DNA of 64,000 nt from Bacteroidales bacterium (lineage in GTDB: Bacteria > Bacteroidota > Bacteroidia > Bacteroidales > JAIOZK01). A program made the position numbers and the translations under genes. Where the stretch lies: contig JAIPBS010000007.1 in NCBI GenBank assembly GCA_021738625.1, forward strand, positions 22,100 to 86,099, read 5' to 3'. This document shows, piece by piece, positions 43,272 through 51,975 of the stretch (positions are counted from its first letter, which is position 1; each line of letters begins with the position of its first letter). The notes below the pieces were generated by a model. It was not told where the DNA came from and ran no database searches. It worked only from the letters and a program-made list of their open reading frames with translations.

Positions 43272-43943
43272 TTAAACGGTTTTCAATGCAGTATCCAATG
43301 TGTCGAAGCGATGGAAGTAATCGTCCATGGAACGTTTGATGATCTCATGGGATTCCTCAATATCAAAGGTATGGGTTATTTCCACATCTCTTTGTTGGCC
43401 GGGCAGATCTTTGTAGGTTAAAAAATAATGTTTCAGCCGGTCGATCACCAGTTCGGGACAGTCGGAAATGTTGCCGTAATCGCCGTAAACCGCATCATCC
43501 TTAAGTACGGCAATGATCTTGTCGTCTGATTGTTTCCCGTCTATCATGCGAAAACCGCCAATGGGCCTGGCTTTTACCAGGATGTCGCCATGTACGATCT
43601 CTTTTTCGGTCAGGATGCAAATATCGATCGGATCGCCATCTCCTTCAATGTTCTTCCGGTTTGTTTTTTCCATACAGAATTCCGCTACTTTTTTCCCGCT
43701 GAAGGTTTGGGGAATAAACCCATAAAGGGCGGGAACGGTATTGGAATATTTCTGCGGCCTGTCGATGCGCAGGTATCCGGTTTCCTTATCCACTTCGTAT
43801 TTAACCGTATCTGTCGTTACCATTTCGATGAAACAGGTAAGCACCTTGGGAGCTTTTTCTCCGATGTCTACTCCGTGCCAGGGATGTGATTTATAGCGAA
43901 GGCCCATCAAACGGCCTATTGGATCCATGATTTTGTTCGGCAT
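43272..43943 (-). CDS. ppa: Inorganic diphosphatase (family I, long form)
   Basis: DGDPIDICIL and KIIAV motifs. Confidence 0.8.
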   Translation of the reverse strand: MPNKIMDPIGRLMGLRYKSHPWHGVDIGEKAPKVLTCFIEMVTTDTVKYEVDKETGYLRIDRPQKYSNTVPALYGFIPQTFSGKKVAEFCMEKTNRKNIEGDGDPIDICILTEKEIVHGDILVKARPIGGFRMIDGKQSDDKIIAVLKDDAVYGDYGNISDCPELVIDRLKHYFLTYKDLPGQQRDVEITHTFDIEESHEIIKRSMDDYFHRFDTLDTALKTV

Positions 43944-44211
43944 ATGTGTTTGTGTATTGTATTGCTAATTTACAAATTGTTTTCTTGTTTGTTTATTAAA
44001 ATGCTTTTGTCTATTGAACATGATTGCTTGCGTTTTGTTTTCAACATTGTATTAAATTTGCCTGAAAAGAAGTTAAAGGTATCATTAAAAAAAGATTAAC
44101 TGAACTTTAAAAGAAACCGGCCGGAACAGGAATAACTAAAAATGATTTACATTTGCAAACTGAGCCGCCGACGGCATAGAATAAAATTGACAAACAAACA
44201 TTAATATCCTG

Positions 44212-45003
44212 ATGAATAATACACGACCATCTCACAACAAGGGTTTCCTCTTTGTGCTGGCTATTGCTTTGTTGCTGGGCTCATGCGTTCCGCAAAAAAA
44301 GATCAAATATCTTCAAAGCAAAGTCGAAGAAACACAAGCGCAAACGAATTTTGAAAATCCAAGGAAATTTGAATACAAAATACAGCCGGGTGATAACCTG
44401 TACATTAAGATCGTGAGCGTGGATGAAAAGCACAGCAATATGTTCAACACCATGGATTCACGATATGCCAACGCCATGCAGAGTGATGCCGGCATATATT
44501 TGAATAGTTATACGGTGAATGAAGAAGGCGATGTGGATTTTCCCCTCATCGGAAAGGTACATGTTAAGAACCTAACTGTGGAAGAGGTTAAAGAAGAACT
44601 GCAGGAATCTCTGAATGAATACATTAAAGAGTCTGTTGTGATCGTGAAAATGGTGAATTTTTACGTGACCATGCTGGGTGAGGTGACCCGCCCCGGCGAA
44701 TACAAGATTTTTCAGGACGAGTTGAACATTTTTGAAGCCATTTCCATAGCAGGCGACCTGACCGATTTTGCCAACCGCAATGAAGTGAAACTGGTGAGAC
44801 AGACCAAAAAAGGATCCGAGATCATCAACATCGACCTGACGGACCGCAGCCTCCTGGCATCGGATTATTATTTTCTGATGCCCAATGATATTCTTTATGT
44901 GGAACCTCTAAAAGGCAAGCAATTTACCTTTGCCAATTTTCCCTATGGAATTATTTTCTCGGCCATTTCAACCACACTCTTGTTAATCAACTACTTTAAT
45001 TAA
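44212..45003 (+). CDS. Polysaccharide export outer-membrane protein (Wza-like)
   Basis: Lipobox LLGSC. YKIQPGDNLYIKV, PLIGKVHVKNLTVEEV, and an SLBB-type segment. Confidence 0.85.
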   Translation: MNNTRPSHNKGFLFVLAIALLLGSCVPQKKIKYLQSKVEETQAQTNFENPRKFEYKIQPGDNLYIKIVSVDEKHSNMFNTMDSRYANAMQSDAGIYLNSYTVNEEGDVDFPLIGKVHVKNLTVEEVKEELQESLNEYIKESVVIVKMVNFYVTMLGEVTRPGEYKIFQDELNIFEAISIAGDLTDFANRNEVKLVRQTKKGSEIINIDLTDRSLLASDYYFLMPNDILYVEPLKGKQFTFANFPYGIIFSAISTTLLLINYFN

Positions 45004-45005
45004 TC

Positions 45006-47471
45006 ATGAACACAGATAATCTTCAGGAAATACAAAAAGAAGAATCCGTTGATATAAAGGCGCTGTTTTACAGATTTTACCACTATTGGTATTTCTTCGC
45101 CATAACGATCTTCATTACGCTGATCATTGCATTTTTATTCAATAAATACACCAAACCGGTTTACAAGGTTGACACCACCGTGCTGGTTAAAGACGATAAA
45201 TCCAAAATGGATCCGCAGGCCCTGCTTGGGTTTGGCATATCCAATACCCAGCAAAACCTGGAGAATGAGATCGGCATACTGAAATCATACTCCCTCACGC
45301 ACAGAACAATAAAAGATCTGGATTTTGACGTCAGCTATTTTGAAGAAGAAAACTTCATCAAAAAGGAACTTTATCAAAACGCACCCTTTGAGGTTTTGAT
45401 GGACACCAATCATCCGCAGCTGGTCGGTTTGGAATTCAGGATCAACTTTACGCCCGATGGTGATTTCACCCTGGAAGCCGAAGGACAGGAGCTTGTTTTG
45501 TATGACTTTGCAAACGATAAAGCCCTGGATGAAAAAGTTCCCTACATCAGCTTTTCTAAGTCATACAAACTGAATGATGTGGTCAATGAAGAATTTTTCA
45601 AATTTAAAGTCTATCTAACGGAGAATTTCATTCCGAAAGACATGAAAGGTAAGGTTTACTCTTTCCAGTTTAACAGCGTGGAAAGCCTGGTGGAGAAATT
45701 CAGGGGCATTGAGATCGAACCCATTAACAGGGAAGCTTCCATTGTTAAAATAAGCATGGAAGCCAATAATGCCCCCAAAGCCGTTGACTTCCTGAATGAG
45801 CTTACCCATCAATATCTGCAATCCGGACTGGAAAAGAAGAACCAGATCGCCATAAACACCATCAAATTTATCAATTCAGAGTTGAAAGGCATCACTGATT
45901 CCCTGCAATATGTAGAAAGGAATCTTGAAGAATTCCGCACAAAGCATGAGATCATGGACCTGGATTTTCAGGCTCAGCAAATCTTTGAATACATGGAGGA
46001 ACTGCAGAATCAGAAAGCGGAACTGATCGTTAAATCCAAGTATTATCGCAACCTGAAAGAATACCTGGCCAGAAGAGATGAAGCCGATGAAATTGTGGTA
46101 CCTTCATCTATTGGCATTGAAGACCCAACAGTAAATCAACTGGTGATGGAACTTACGGATCTTTATATGCAACGTGCCGAATACATGCTCACTTCAACGG
46201 GAAAAAGTCCGCTGGTGATCAGCATCAACCGGAAGATCAGGGATATGAAGGACGCCCTCATCGAGAACATAAATAACCTGATCCAGACTTCACAGATCGG
46301 CATTGCCGATATCAATGAGCGGATTAACGAACTCACCCGCAGGATCAGCAATTTGCCTGAAAACCAACGGGAACTGATCACCATAGAGCGGAAATACAAA
46401 CTGAATGAAGCGCTTTATACCTTTCTTTTGGAAAAACGTTCCGAGGCCCAGATCACCAAAGCATCCAATCTTCCTGACAACGAAATCGTTGATACAGCCA
46501 GGGAAGGAGGTGCAGCAACCGTTGCTCCCAAGAAAAGCCTGAATTACCTGATCGCACTCATTATCGGACTGATCATCCCTGTGGTCTATATCTATGGTAA
46601 GGACTATTTCAACGATAAGATCGTCGAACGCAAGGATGTGGAGAACATCACCAGTTTGCCAATAATCGGGCACATCATTCACACCAATAAGGAGTCGAAG
46701 ATCGTGGTGGCGGAATCGCCTAAATCATCCATTGCCGAGTCTTTTCGCTCGGTGCGTACCAATTTGCAATATTATGCGCAGGGCAAAGAGAAACAAATCG
46801 TTCTGGTGACTTCCGATATGGTTGTTGCCGGGAAGACCTTTATCTCGATCAACCTGGCTTCGATTTTTGCGCAATACGACAAGAAAACCCTTTTGCTGGG
46901 TTTCGACCTCAGAAAACCCAAAATATACCAGGATTTCGGTTTGTCCAACACGGAAGGGATCAGCTCATATCTGATCAACAAAAGCACCATGGATGATATT
47001 ATACAGACTTCGCCCATTGAGAACCTGGACATTATCATGGCAGGTCCGGTACCGCCTAACCCGGCCGAGTTGATCGCGTCAAACAGGACTGCTGAGTTTT
47101 TTGATGAGATCAAAAAAAGATATGATTATGTCGTAATTGATACCCCGCCGGTAGGACTGGTTACAGATGCATTCCTGTTGATGAAATATACGGATGTGAA
47201 CATGTTTGTTGTGAGGCAAAACTACACCCACAAAAAAGTTTTTGGCTCGATCATCAAGGATGTTGAGAAAAGAAAAATTCCCAATGTAGGTATCCTTGTC
47301 AATGATGTTAAACTTACCCGCGATTCCTATGGTTACGGCTATGGTTACGGTTATGGCTATGGCTATGGCTATGGTTACGGTTACGGCTATGGCTACGGTT
47401 ATGGTTATGGATATTATACGGATGATAAAGATGAACAGCGACAGGGTTTCTGGAGCAAGTTGTTCAGGTAA
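45006..47471 (+). CDS. Polysaccharide co-polymerase / tyrosine autokinase (Wzc/GumC-like)
   Basis: Wzz-type N-terminus with coiled coil, Walker A-like VAGKTF, and IIMAGPVPPNPAEL, VIDTPPVG plus a Tyr-rich tail. Confidence 0.85.
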   Translation: MNTDNLQEIQKEESVDIKALFYRFYHYWYFFAITIFITLIIAFLFNKYTKPVYKVDTTVLVKDDKSKMDPQALLGFGISNTQQNLENEIGILKSYSLTHRTIKDLDFDVSYFEEENFIKKELYQNAPFEVLMDTNHPQLVGLEFRINFTPDGDFTLEAEGQELVLYDFANDKALDEKVPYISFSKSYKLNDVVNEEFFKFKVYLTENFIPKDMKGKVYSFQFNSVESLVEKFRGIEIEPINREASIVKISMEANNAPKAVDFLNELTHQYLQSGLEKKNQIAINTIKFINSELKGITDSLQYVERNLEEFRTKHEIMDLDFQAQQIFEYMEELQNQKAELIVKSKYYRNLKEYLARRDEADEIVVPSSIGIEDPTVNQLVMELTDLYMQRAEYMLTSTGKSPLVISINRKIRDMKDALIENINNLIQTSQIGIADINERINELTRRISNLPENQRELITIERKYKLNEALYTFLLEKRSEAQITKASNLPDNEIVDTAREGGAATVAPKKSLNYLIALIIGLIIPVVYIYGKDYFNDKIVERKDVENITSLPIIGHIIHTNKESKIVVAESPKSSIAESFRSVRTNLQYYAQGKEKQIVLVTSDMVVAGKTFISINLASIFAQYDKKTLLLGFDLRKPKIYQDFGLSNTEGISSYLINKSTMDDIIQTSPIENLDIIMAGPVPPNPAELIASNRTAEFFDEIKKRYDYVVIDTPPVGLVTDAFLLMKYTDVNMFVVRQNYTHKKVFGSIIKDVEKRKIPNVGILVNDVKLTRDSYGYGYGYGYGYGYGYGYGYGYGYGYGYGYYTDDKDEQRQGFWSKLFR
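47328..47417 (+). repeat. (Tyr-Gly)14-Tyr-Tyr coding repeat at the Wzc-like C-terminus
   Basis: 14 consecutive TAY-GGN codon pairs with mixed synonymous codons (tat/tac, ggt/ggc/gga), followed by tat tat. Confidence 0.95.
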
Positions 47472-47629
47472 ACGGCTTTGAATAATGCATATCAGAAACT
47501 TTTCATAAAGTCATGAATAATTATATTTGCCGGAAGATATCTCCCTTTGCCCCAAAAAAGAATATTATATCATATCGAGCGAAACGAGATATCTGTTTGC
47601 GATAGTTAAACAACGTAAGAAAAAGCATT

Positions 47630-48595
47630 ATGTTAGAAGACCAAATCAAAAACTTCGGATTGATCGGAGCGGCAGGCTACATTGCCCCCCGTCATATGAA
47701 AGCCATTAAAGGTACGGGCAACCACCTTGTGGCCGCCCTGGATAAATTTGATAGCGTCGGCATTATAGATTCTTTCTTCCCTGAAGCCGACTTTTTTGTG
47801 GAAACCGAACGCTACGACAGGCATCTTGATAAATTGAGAAGACAGGGGGACAGGAAAATTGATTATGTCAGTATTTGCTCGCCCAATTACCTGCACGACG
47901 CCCACATTCGTCTTGCACTGAGGAATGACGCCGACGCCATTTGTGAAAAACCACTGGTGCTGAATCCCTGGAATGTGGATGCCCTGCAGGAGATCGAATC
48001 GGAAACCGGCAGAAAAATATACAACATCCTGCAGTTGCGCCTGCATCCTTCCATCGTCGCGCTGAAGAAAAAAGTTGAGGAAGGCCCCGCCGACAAGATA
48101 TATGATCTCGATCTGACCTATATCACCAGCCGGGGTCACTGGTATTTTATGTCCTGGAAAGGAGATGTTGAAAAATCGGGAGGCGTGGCCACCAATATCG
48201 GGGTACATTTTTTTGATATGATATGCCATGTGTTTGGTAAAGTAAAACAAAACATCGTGCATGTAGTAGAAAAAAATACCGCCAGCGGCTACCTTGAAAC
48301 AGAAAAAGCCAGGGTGAGATGGTTCCTCAGTCTCGATTCGAAATATATCCCCGAAAAATTGTTGGAGCAGGGTCAACGTACCTATCGCTCCATCAATATG
48401 GAAGGGGAGGAAATTGAATTTAGCGGCGGTTTTACTGATCTCCACACCGAGATATACAAAAAGACCCTTGCCGGAAAGGGATACGGTGTGGAAGAAGCCA
48501 GAAACAGCATTGAGATCGTTCATTTTATCAGGAATACCAAAGCGGTTGGCCTAACCGGAGATTATCATCCGGTACTGAAAAAGTTCTGGCCCTGA
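47630..48595 (+). CDS. Gfo/Idh/MocA-family sugar-nucleotide oxidoreductase (WbpB-like)
   Basis: N-terminal Rossmann GLIGAAGYIAPRH, and EKPL motif (CEKPLVLN). Confidence 0.75.
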   Translation: MLEDQIKNFGLIGAAGYIAPRHMKAIKGTGNHLVAALDKFDSVGIIDSFFPEADFFVETERYDRHLDKLRRQGDRKIDYVSICSPNYLHDAHIRLALRNDADAICEKPLVLNPWNVDALQEIESETGRKIYNILQLRLHPSIVALKKKVEEGPADKIYDLDLTYITSRGHWYFMSWKGDVEKSGGVATNIGVHFFDMICHVFGKVKQNIVHVVEKNTASGYLETEKARVRWFLSLDSKYIPEKLLEQGQRTYRSINMEGEEIEFSGGFTDLHTEIYKKTLAGKGYGVEEARNSIEIVHFIRNTKAVGLTGDYHPVLKKFWP

Positions 48596-48682
48596 AGCAG
48601 CCCCTTATCATTTTTAACATTTTATCAACCCAGGCAAATTAGAACAGAATGCCGGCCTGCTTACTTTTGTCGCACAATGTGC

Positions 48683-48713
48683 TTGACAGCTATGATAAAA
48701 TTGAGTAGTTTTG
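48683..48713 (+). promoter_or_regulatory. Putative promoter of the regulator-UpxY-biosynthesis operon
   Basis: TTGACA (48683-48688), 17-nt spacer, TAGTTTTG (48706-48713). Closely resembles the box at 60885-60914, including the downstream T.ACTCG. Confidence 0.4.
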
Positions 48714-48831
48714 TTACTCGTTTTTAAAATTGATGTTTTTATCCTGACAGACAATGATTTAAATATGCGAATAAATCTCCTGATCAAGAAAACCGACAAC
48801 ATAATCATTTTCAAGGGGAAAAACCAAAGCC

Positions 48832-49377
48832 ATGCTTGATGCACTAATTACATCCAAAACCCGTCTTAAGATCCTGCTCAGGTTTTTTCTGAATAGCGGG
48901 AACAGTTCCTATCTAAGAAACCTGGCTACGGAGTTCAACGAATCAACCAACAGCATCAGGGTGGAGCTGAACCGATTTGAGGAAGCCGGATTGTTGAATG
49001 CATATCAGAAAGGAAATAAGAAAATATTCAGGGCGAACACCACGCATCCTTTATATCCGGATATACAAAACATTCTGATGAAACATATCGGACTGGATAA
49101 GATCATCGACAATGTGATTAACAAATTGGGGGATGTAAAAAAGGTTTTTGTTGCCGGTGATTTTGCCAGAGGCATCGACAGCAGGATCATCGATTTGATA
49201 TTTGTTGGGGACATCAACCAGCAATATCTGATCATGCTGATCGATAAAGTAGAGAAACTGATCAGCAAAAGGATCAGGTATGTGGTTTTTAGCGAACAGG
49301 AGTTCGGTGAATACAAAGAAATAAATAAAGAAGCCAAAACACTGTTGCTGTGGGAAAAACAAATGATTGAACAATGA
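48832..49377 (+). CDS. Winged-helix (ArsR-like) regulator with a nucleotidyltransferase-like C-terminal domain
   Basis: KTRLKILLRFFLN...YLRNLATEF...SIRVELNRFEEAGLL, and VFVAGDFARG...DLIFVGD. Confidence 0.55.
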   Translation: MLDALITSKTRLKILLRFFLNSGNSSYLRNLATEFNESTNSIRVELNRFEEAGLLNAYQKGNKKIFRANTTHPLYPDIQNILMKHIGLDKIIDNVINKLGDVKKVFVAGDFARGIDSRIIDLIFVGDINQQYLIMLIDKVEKLISKRIRYVVFSEQEFGEYKEINKEAKTLLLWEKQMIEQ

Positions 49378-49901
49378 AGGGTGAAAACAGGAAATGGTAT
49401 GCGGTTTATACGAAGTCGCGGGGAGAGAAGAAAGCCAAAATGCTTTTGGACGAGCAGGAAATACCGAACTATTTGCCGCTGGTGAGAACGCTGAAGCAAT
49501 GGAGCGACAGAAAAAAATGGGTGAATGAACCCCTGATTCGTTCTTATATTTTTGTTCATCTGGCAAATGACAGGGAATATCTTGACGTGCTCCAGACGGA
49601 TCACATAGTCAGGTTTATCACCTTCGAAGGGAAAGCCGCTCCGATTCCGCAAAAGCAAATTAACAACATCAAATTGCTGTTGGCCTCTGAAGCTGATCTT
49701 GAGGTGACTTCGGAGAATTTTGAGGAAGGAGTGGAAATTGAAGTGAGAGCCGGACTTTTAAAAGGCCTAACCGGCACTTTGATCGAGCAAAGAGGAAAGA
49801 ACAAGGTTCAGGTCAGGTTGGAAGCCATCGGCCAAAGCATCTTGGTGGAGATACCGGTGGTTTATTTGAAGAAGAGGAGAGAGGTGAGAGGAGAGAGATG
49901 A
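49374..49901 (+). CDS. UpxY-family (NusG paralogue) transcription antiterminator
   Basis: WYAVYTKSRGEKKA NGN domain and a C-terminal KOW-like segment. ATGA overlap with the upstream gene. The last 10 codons lie in a purine heptamer array. Confidence 0.8.
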   Translation: MKGENRKWYAVYTKSRGEKKAKMLLDEQEIPNYLPLVRTLKQWSDRKKWVNEPLIRSYIFVHLANDREYLDVLQTDHIVRFITFEGKAAPIPQKQINNIKLLLASEADLEVTSENFEEGVEIEVRAGLLKGLTGTLIEQRGKNKVQVRLEAIGQSILVEIPVVYLKKRREVRGER

Positions 49902-49906
49902 GAAGA

Positions 49907-49935
49907 GGTTGAATCCGCCTGAGGCGAATTCAACC
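49907..49935 (+). other. Hairpin immediately downstream of the UpxY gene, with no U-tract
   Basis: GGTTGAAT-CCGCC-TGA-GGCG-A-ATTCAACC inverted repeat. Confidence 0.6.
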
Positions 49936-49994
49936 CCAATGGGTGAAAATATTGAAAAATTATTTTGGTTCCATTTGAAAGATGGGACTTAGGA

Positions 49995-50006
49995 GGCGGA
50001 GCTGTG
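49995..50006 (+). promoter_or_regulatory. ops-like 12-mer GGCGGAGCTGTG (copy 1 of 3)
   Basis: Identical 12-mers occur at 49995-50006, 60995-61006 and 62232-62243, all on the + strand and all preceded by purines. Confidence 0.35.
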
Positions 50007-50011
50007 TAAAA

Positions 50012-50068
50012 GTTACAGGTTGCACATTACAGGTTGCAAGTTTATACCTGTAACATGCAACTTGCAAC
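50012..50068. repeat. Cargo-less imperfect inverted repeat built of heptamers (TTACAGG/TTGCAAG words)
   Basis: TTACAGGT (50028-50035) pairs with ACCTGTAA (50046-50053). The flanking heptamers are partly complementary. Confidence 0.7.
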
Positions 50069-50125
50069 AGATTATTTTGTGCTATACTTGAACTTTTTAT
50101 GTGAATAAGAAAAAATAATTAAAAA

Positions 50126-51436
50126 ATGATCGAAACAAAAATCGCTGTTATCGGCCTTGGATACGTCGGACTGCCCCTGGCAGTGGAGTTTTCGAAGAAA
50201 TACCCGGTTGTAGGTTTTGATGTTAAAAAGGAACGGGTGGAAGAGCTGGAAGAAGGCCATGACGCCACCATGGAAGTGGAGAGCGATTTGCTGAAATCAG
50301 TGCTGGTAGACAACCATGATCATGATAAAGGATTGTACGTTACCCATAGTAAAATATTCATTCAGGATTGCAATTATTATATCATAACGGTACCCACCCC
50401 TATTGATAAAAATAAACGGCCGGATCTGACGCCCCTGCTGAAGGCTTCCGAAACCGTTGGCAGCGTGCTGAAAAAGGGAGATATTGTTATTTATGAATCC
50501 ACGGTATATCCGGGAGCAACCGAAGAAGAATGTGTGCCGGTGCTTGAAAAATTCAGCGGCATGAAATTCAACAGGGATTTCTATTGCGGCTATTCGCCCG
50601 AACGCATTAATCCGGGTGACAAGGTGCATACGGTGAGCAAGATCAAAAAGGTAACCTCCGGCTCCACCCCTGAAGTGGCCGAGCAAGTCGATCAGCTTTA
50701 TAAAGCCGTGATCGAAGCGGGGACCCACAAGGCATCTTCCATGAAGGTTGCCGAGGCAGCCAAGGTGATCGAAAATTCTCAAAGAGACATCAATATCGCC
50801 TTTGTGAACGAACTGGCCGTGATTTTCGGCAAACTGGGTATCGACACCAACGAAGTGCTGGTAGCCGCCGGAACCAAATGGAATTTCCTTCCCTTTAAAC
50901 CCGGACTGGTTGGCGGGCATTGCATAGGGGTTGATCCTTATTACCTCACCCACAAGGCACAGGAGATCGGGCACAATCCCGAGATCATCCTCTCGGGCCG
51001 ACGCATGAACGACAATATGGGCGTTTACGTGAGCAACCAGGTGATCAAGCTGATGATCCAAAAAGGCCATAAAGTGGCAGGCTCGAAAGTTTTGGTACTG
51101 GGCATCACCTTCAAGGAAAATTGTCCCGACATCCGAAACTCAAAAGTTATCGACGTGATCAACGAACTAAAAGATTTCGAATGTGATGTAGACGTTTACG
51201 ATCCCTGGGCCAGCTTCGAAGAAGTTAAACATGAGTATGGCATTAATTTAATTTCTTCCACAAACTTTCCCCCTTTAGGGAGGACCGAGGGGGGTAAAGG
51301 CTACGACGCCATCATTCTCGCCGTTGCCCACGATAAATTCAGGGAACTCGACATTGAGGCCCTCAAAAACGGGAATGCAGTGGTTTATGATATTAAGGGA
51401 TTTTGGGATAAGGCTATGGTTGATGGGAGACTGTAA
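50126..51436 (+). CDS. Nucleotide-sugar 6-dehydrogenase (UDP-glucose/GDP-mannose dehydrogenase family, TviB/WbpO-like)
   Basis: [30 protein letters not shown]. Confidence 0.9.
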   Translation: MIETKIAVIGLGYVGLPLAVEFSKKYPVVGFDVKKERVEELEEGHDATMEVESDLLKSVLVDNHDHDKGLYVTHSKIFIQDCNYYIITVPTPIDKNKRPDLTPLLKASETVGSVLKKGDIVIYESTVYPGATEEECVPVLEKFSGMKFNRDFYCGYSPERINPGDKVHTVSKIKKVTSGSTPEVAEQVDQLYKAVIEAGTHKASSMKVAEAAKVIENSQRDINIAFVNELAVIFGKLGIDTNEVLVAAGTKWNFLPFKPGLVGGHCIGVDPYYLTHKAQEIGHNPEIILSGRRMNDNMGVYVSNQVIKLMIQKGHKVAGSKVLVLGITFKENCPDIRNSKVIDVINELKDFECDVDVYDPWASFEEVKHEYGINLISSTNFPPLGRTEGGKGYDAIILAVAHDKFRELDIEALKNGNAVVYDIKGFWDKAMVDGRL

Positions 51437-51475
51437 GTGGTGAATGGTGAATGGTGGGTAGTGAATGATGAATAG
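51437..51475. repeat. Left arm of cassette 1 (GGTGAAT-type heptamers)
   Basis: Starts 1 nt after the dehydrogenase stop. GGTGGGTAGTGAAT is complementary (13/14) to the right arm at 51946-51969. Confidence 0.75.
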
Positions 51476-51498
51476 ATTTTTTAATTGCTAAATGGATT

Positions 51499-51693
51499 CA
51501 TTACTGTCCGGTTAAACGCAACGGGATTCCTCGCTTCGCTCGGAATGACATGCTATTTGGGAGATACAAAGGGGATTGGGGGTAGTACGGCGGCTTTGCC
51601 GCCGTACTACCCCCAATCCCCTTCCAAGCCTCTGAAAACACTGTCATTCCGAGCAAAGCGAGGAATCTCCCCAAATTTCCCCGGACAGTAGTG
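51499..51693. mobile_element. 195-bp palindromic MITE-like element flanked by a 9-bp direct repeat
   Basis: AAATGGATT at 51490-51498 and 51694-51702. Termini TCATTACTGTCCGG / CCGGACAGTAGTGA (13/14). Inner arms GATTCCTCGCTTCGCTCGGAATGACA / its complement (25/26). Perfect 24-bp central stem with a TTT loop. Confidence 0.6.
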
Positions 51694-51695
51694 AA

Positions 51696-51917
51696 ATGGA
51701 TTATAAAAACCTAGATGTCTGGAAAAAATCTGTTGATTTTGTGACATTGATTTATTCCATTATTATTTATTGCACTTGGGTCATCAGCAGAAATTGAGAG
51801 CAACTTATTATTTCAGAAAATCTGAATTTCATCGAGGACAAAGAATCTATACTTGATCATTTAGCCACCGTAAGAAAACTTTTAAAAGGAACCATCAATT
51901 ACTTACAAAACAAATAG
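51696..51917 (+). pseudogene. Decayed four-helix-bundle (23S IVS protein / Avd family) gene, cassette 1
   Basis: N-terminus MDYKNLDVWKKSVDFV. The central FP..E.YGL..Q.RR..SI..NIAEG block is missing. ALGSSAEIE and the C-terminal helix are readable only in other frames. Confidence 0.6.
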
Positions 51918-51945
51918 AAGTAAAAAAATAATAGAACTAAGCACT

Positions 51946-51969
51946 CTATTCACTACTCACCGTTTACCG
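51946..51969. repeat. Right arm of cassette 1 (C/A-rich)
   Basis: CTATTCACTACTCACCGTTTACCG ends 7 nt before the epimerase ATG. Confidence 0.7.
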
Positions 51970-51975
51970 TAAGAA

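Noticed and set aside
44034-44060. A promoter for the Wza-like gene (TTTG at 44034-44037, TAAATTTG at 44053-44060).
   Set aside because: The 15-nt spacing is shorter than in the three better candidates. It remains possible but is not supported well enough to list as a feature.
47472-47629. An internal promoter (TATATTTG at 47522-47529) and a GATATCTC/GAGATATC inverted repeat upstream of the oxidoreductase gene.
   Set aside because: The -7-like box lacks a convincing -33 or -35 partner, and the inverted repeat is only 8 bp. This is not enough to call.
51255-51300. A possible small in-frame hairpin insertion in the dehydrogenase gene ([14 protein letters not shown]; CTTTCCCCC...GGGGGTAAAG).
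   Set aside because: The stem is short and bulged, there is no heptamer periodicity, and I cannot verify from memory that homologues lack this loop.
51485-51691. The 68-aa ORF inside the palindromic element.
   Set aside because: It runs through both arms of a hairpin-forming MITE-like element and starts with a non-ATG codon. It has no family resemblance.
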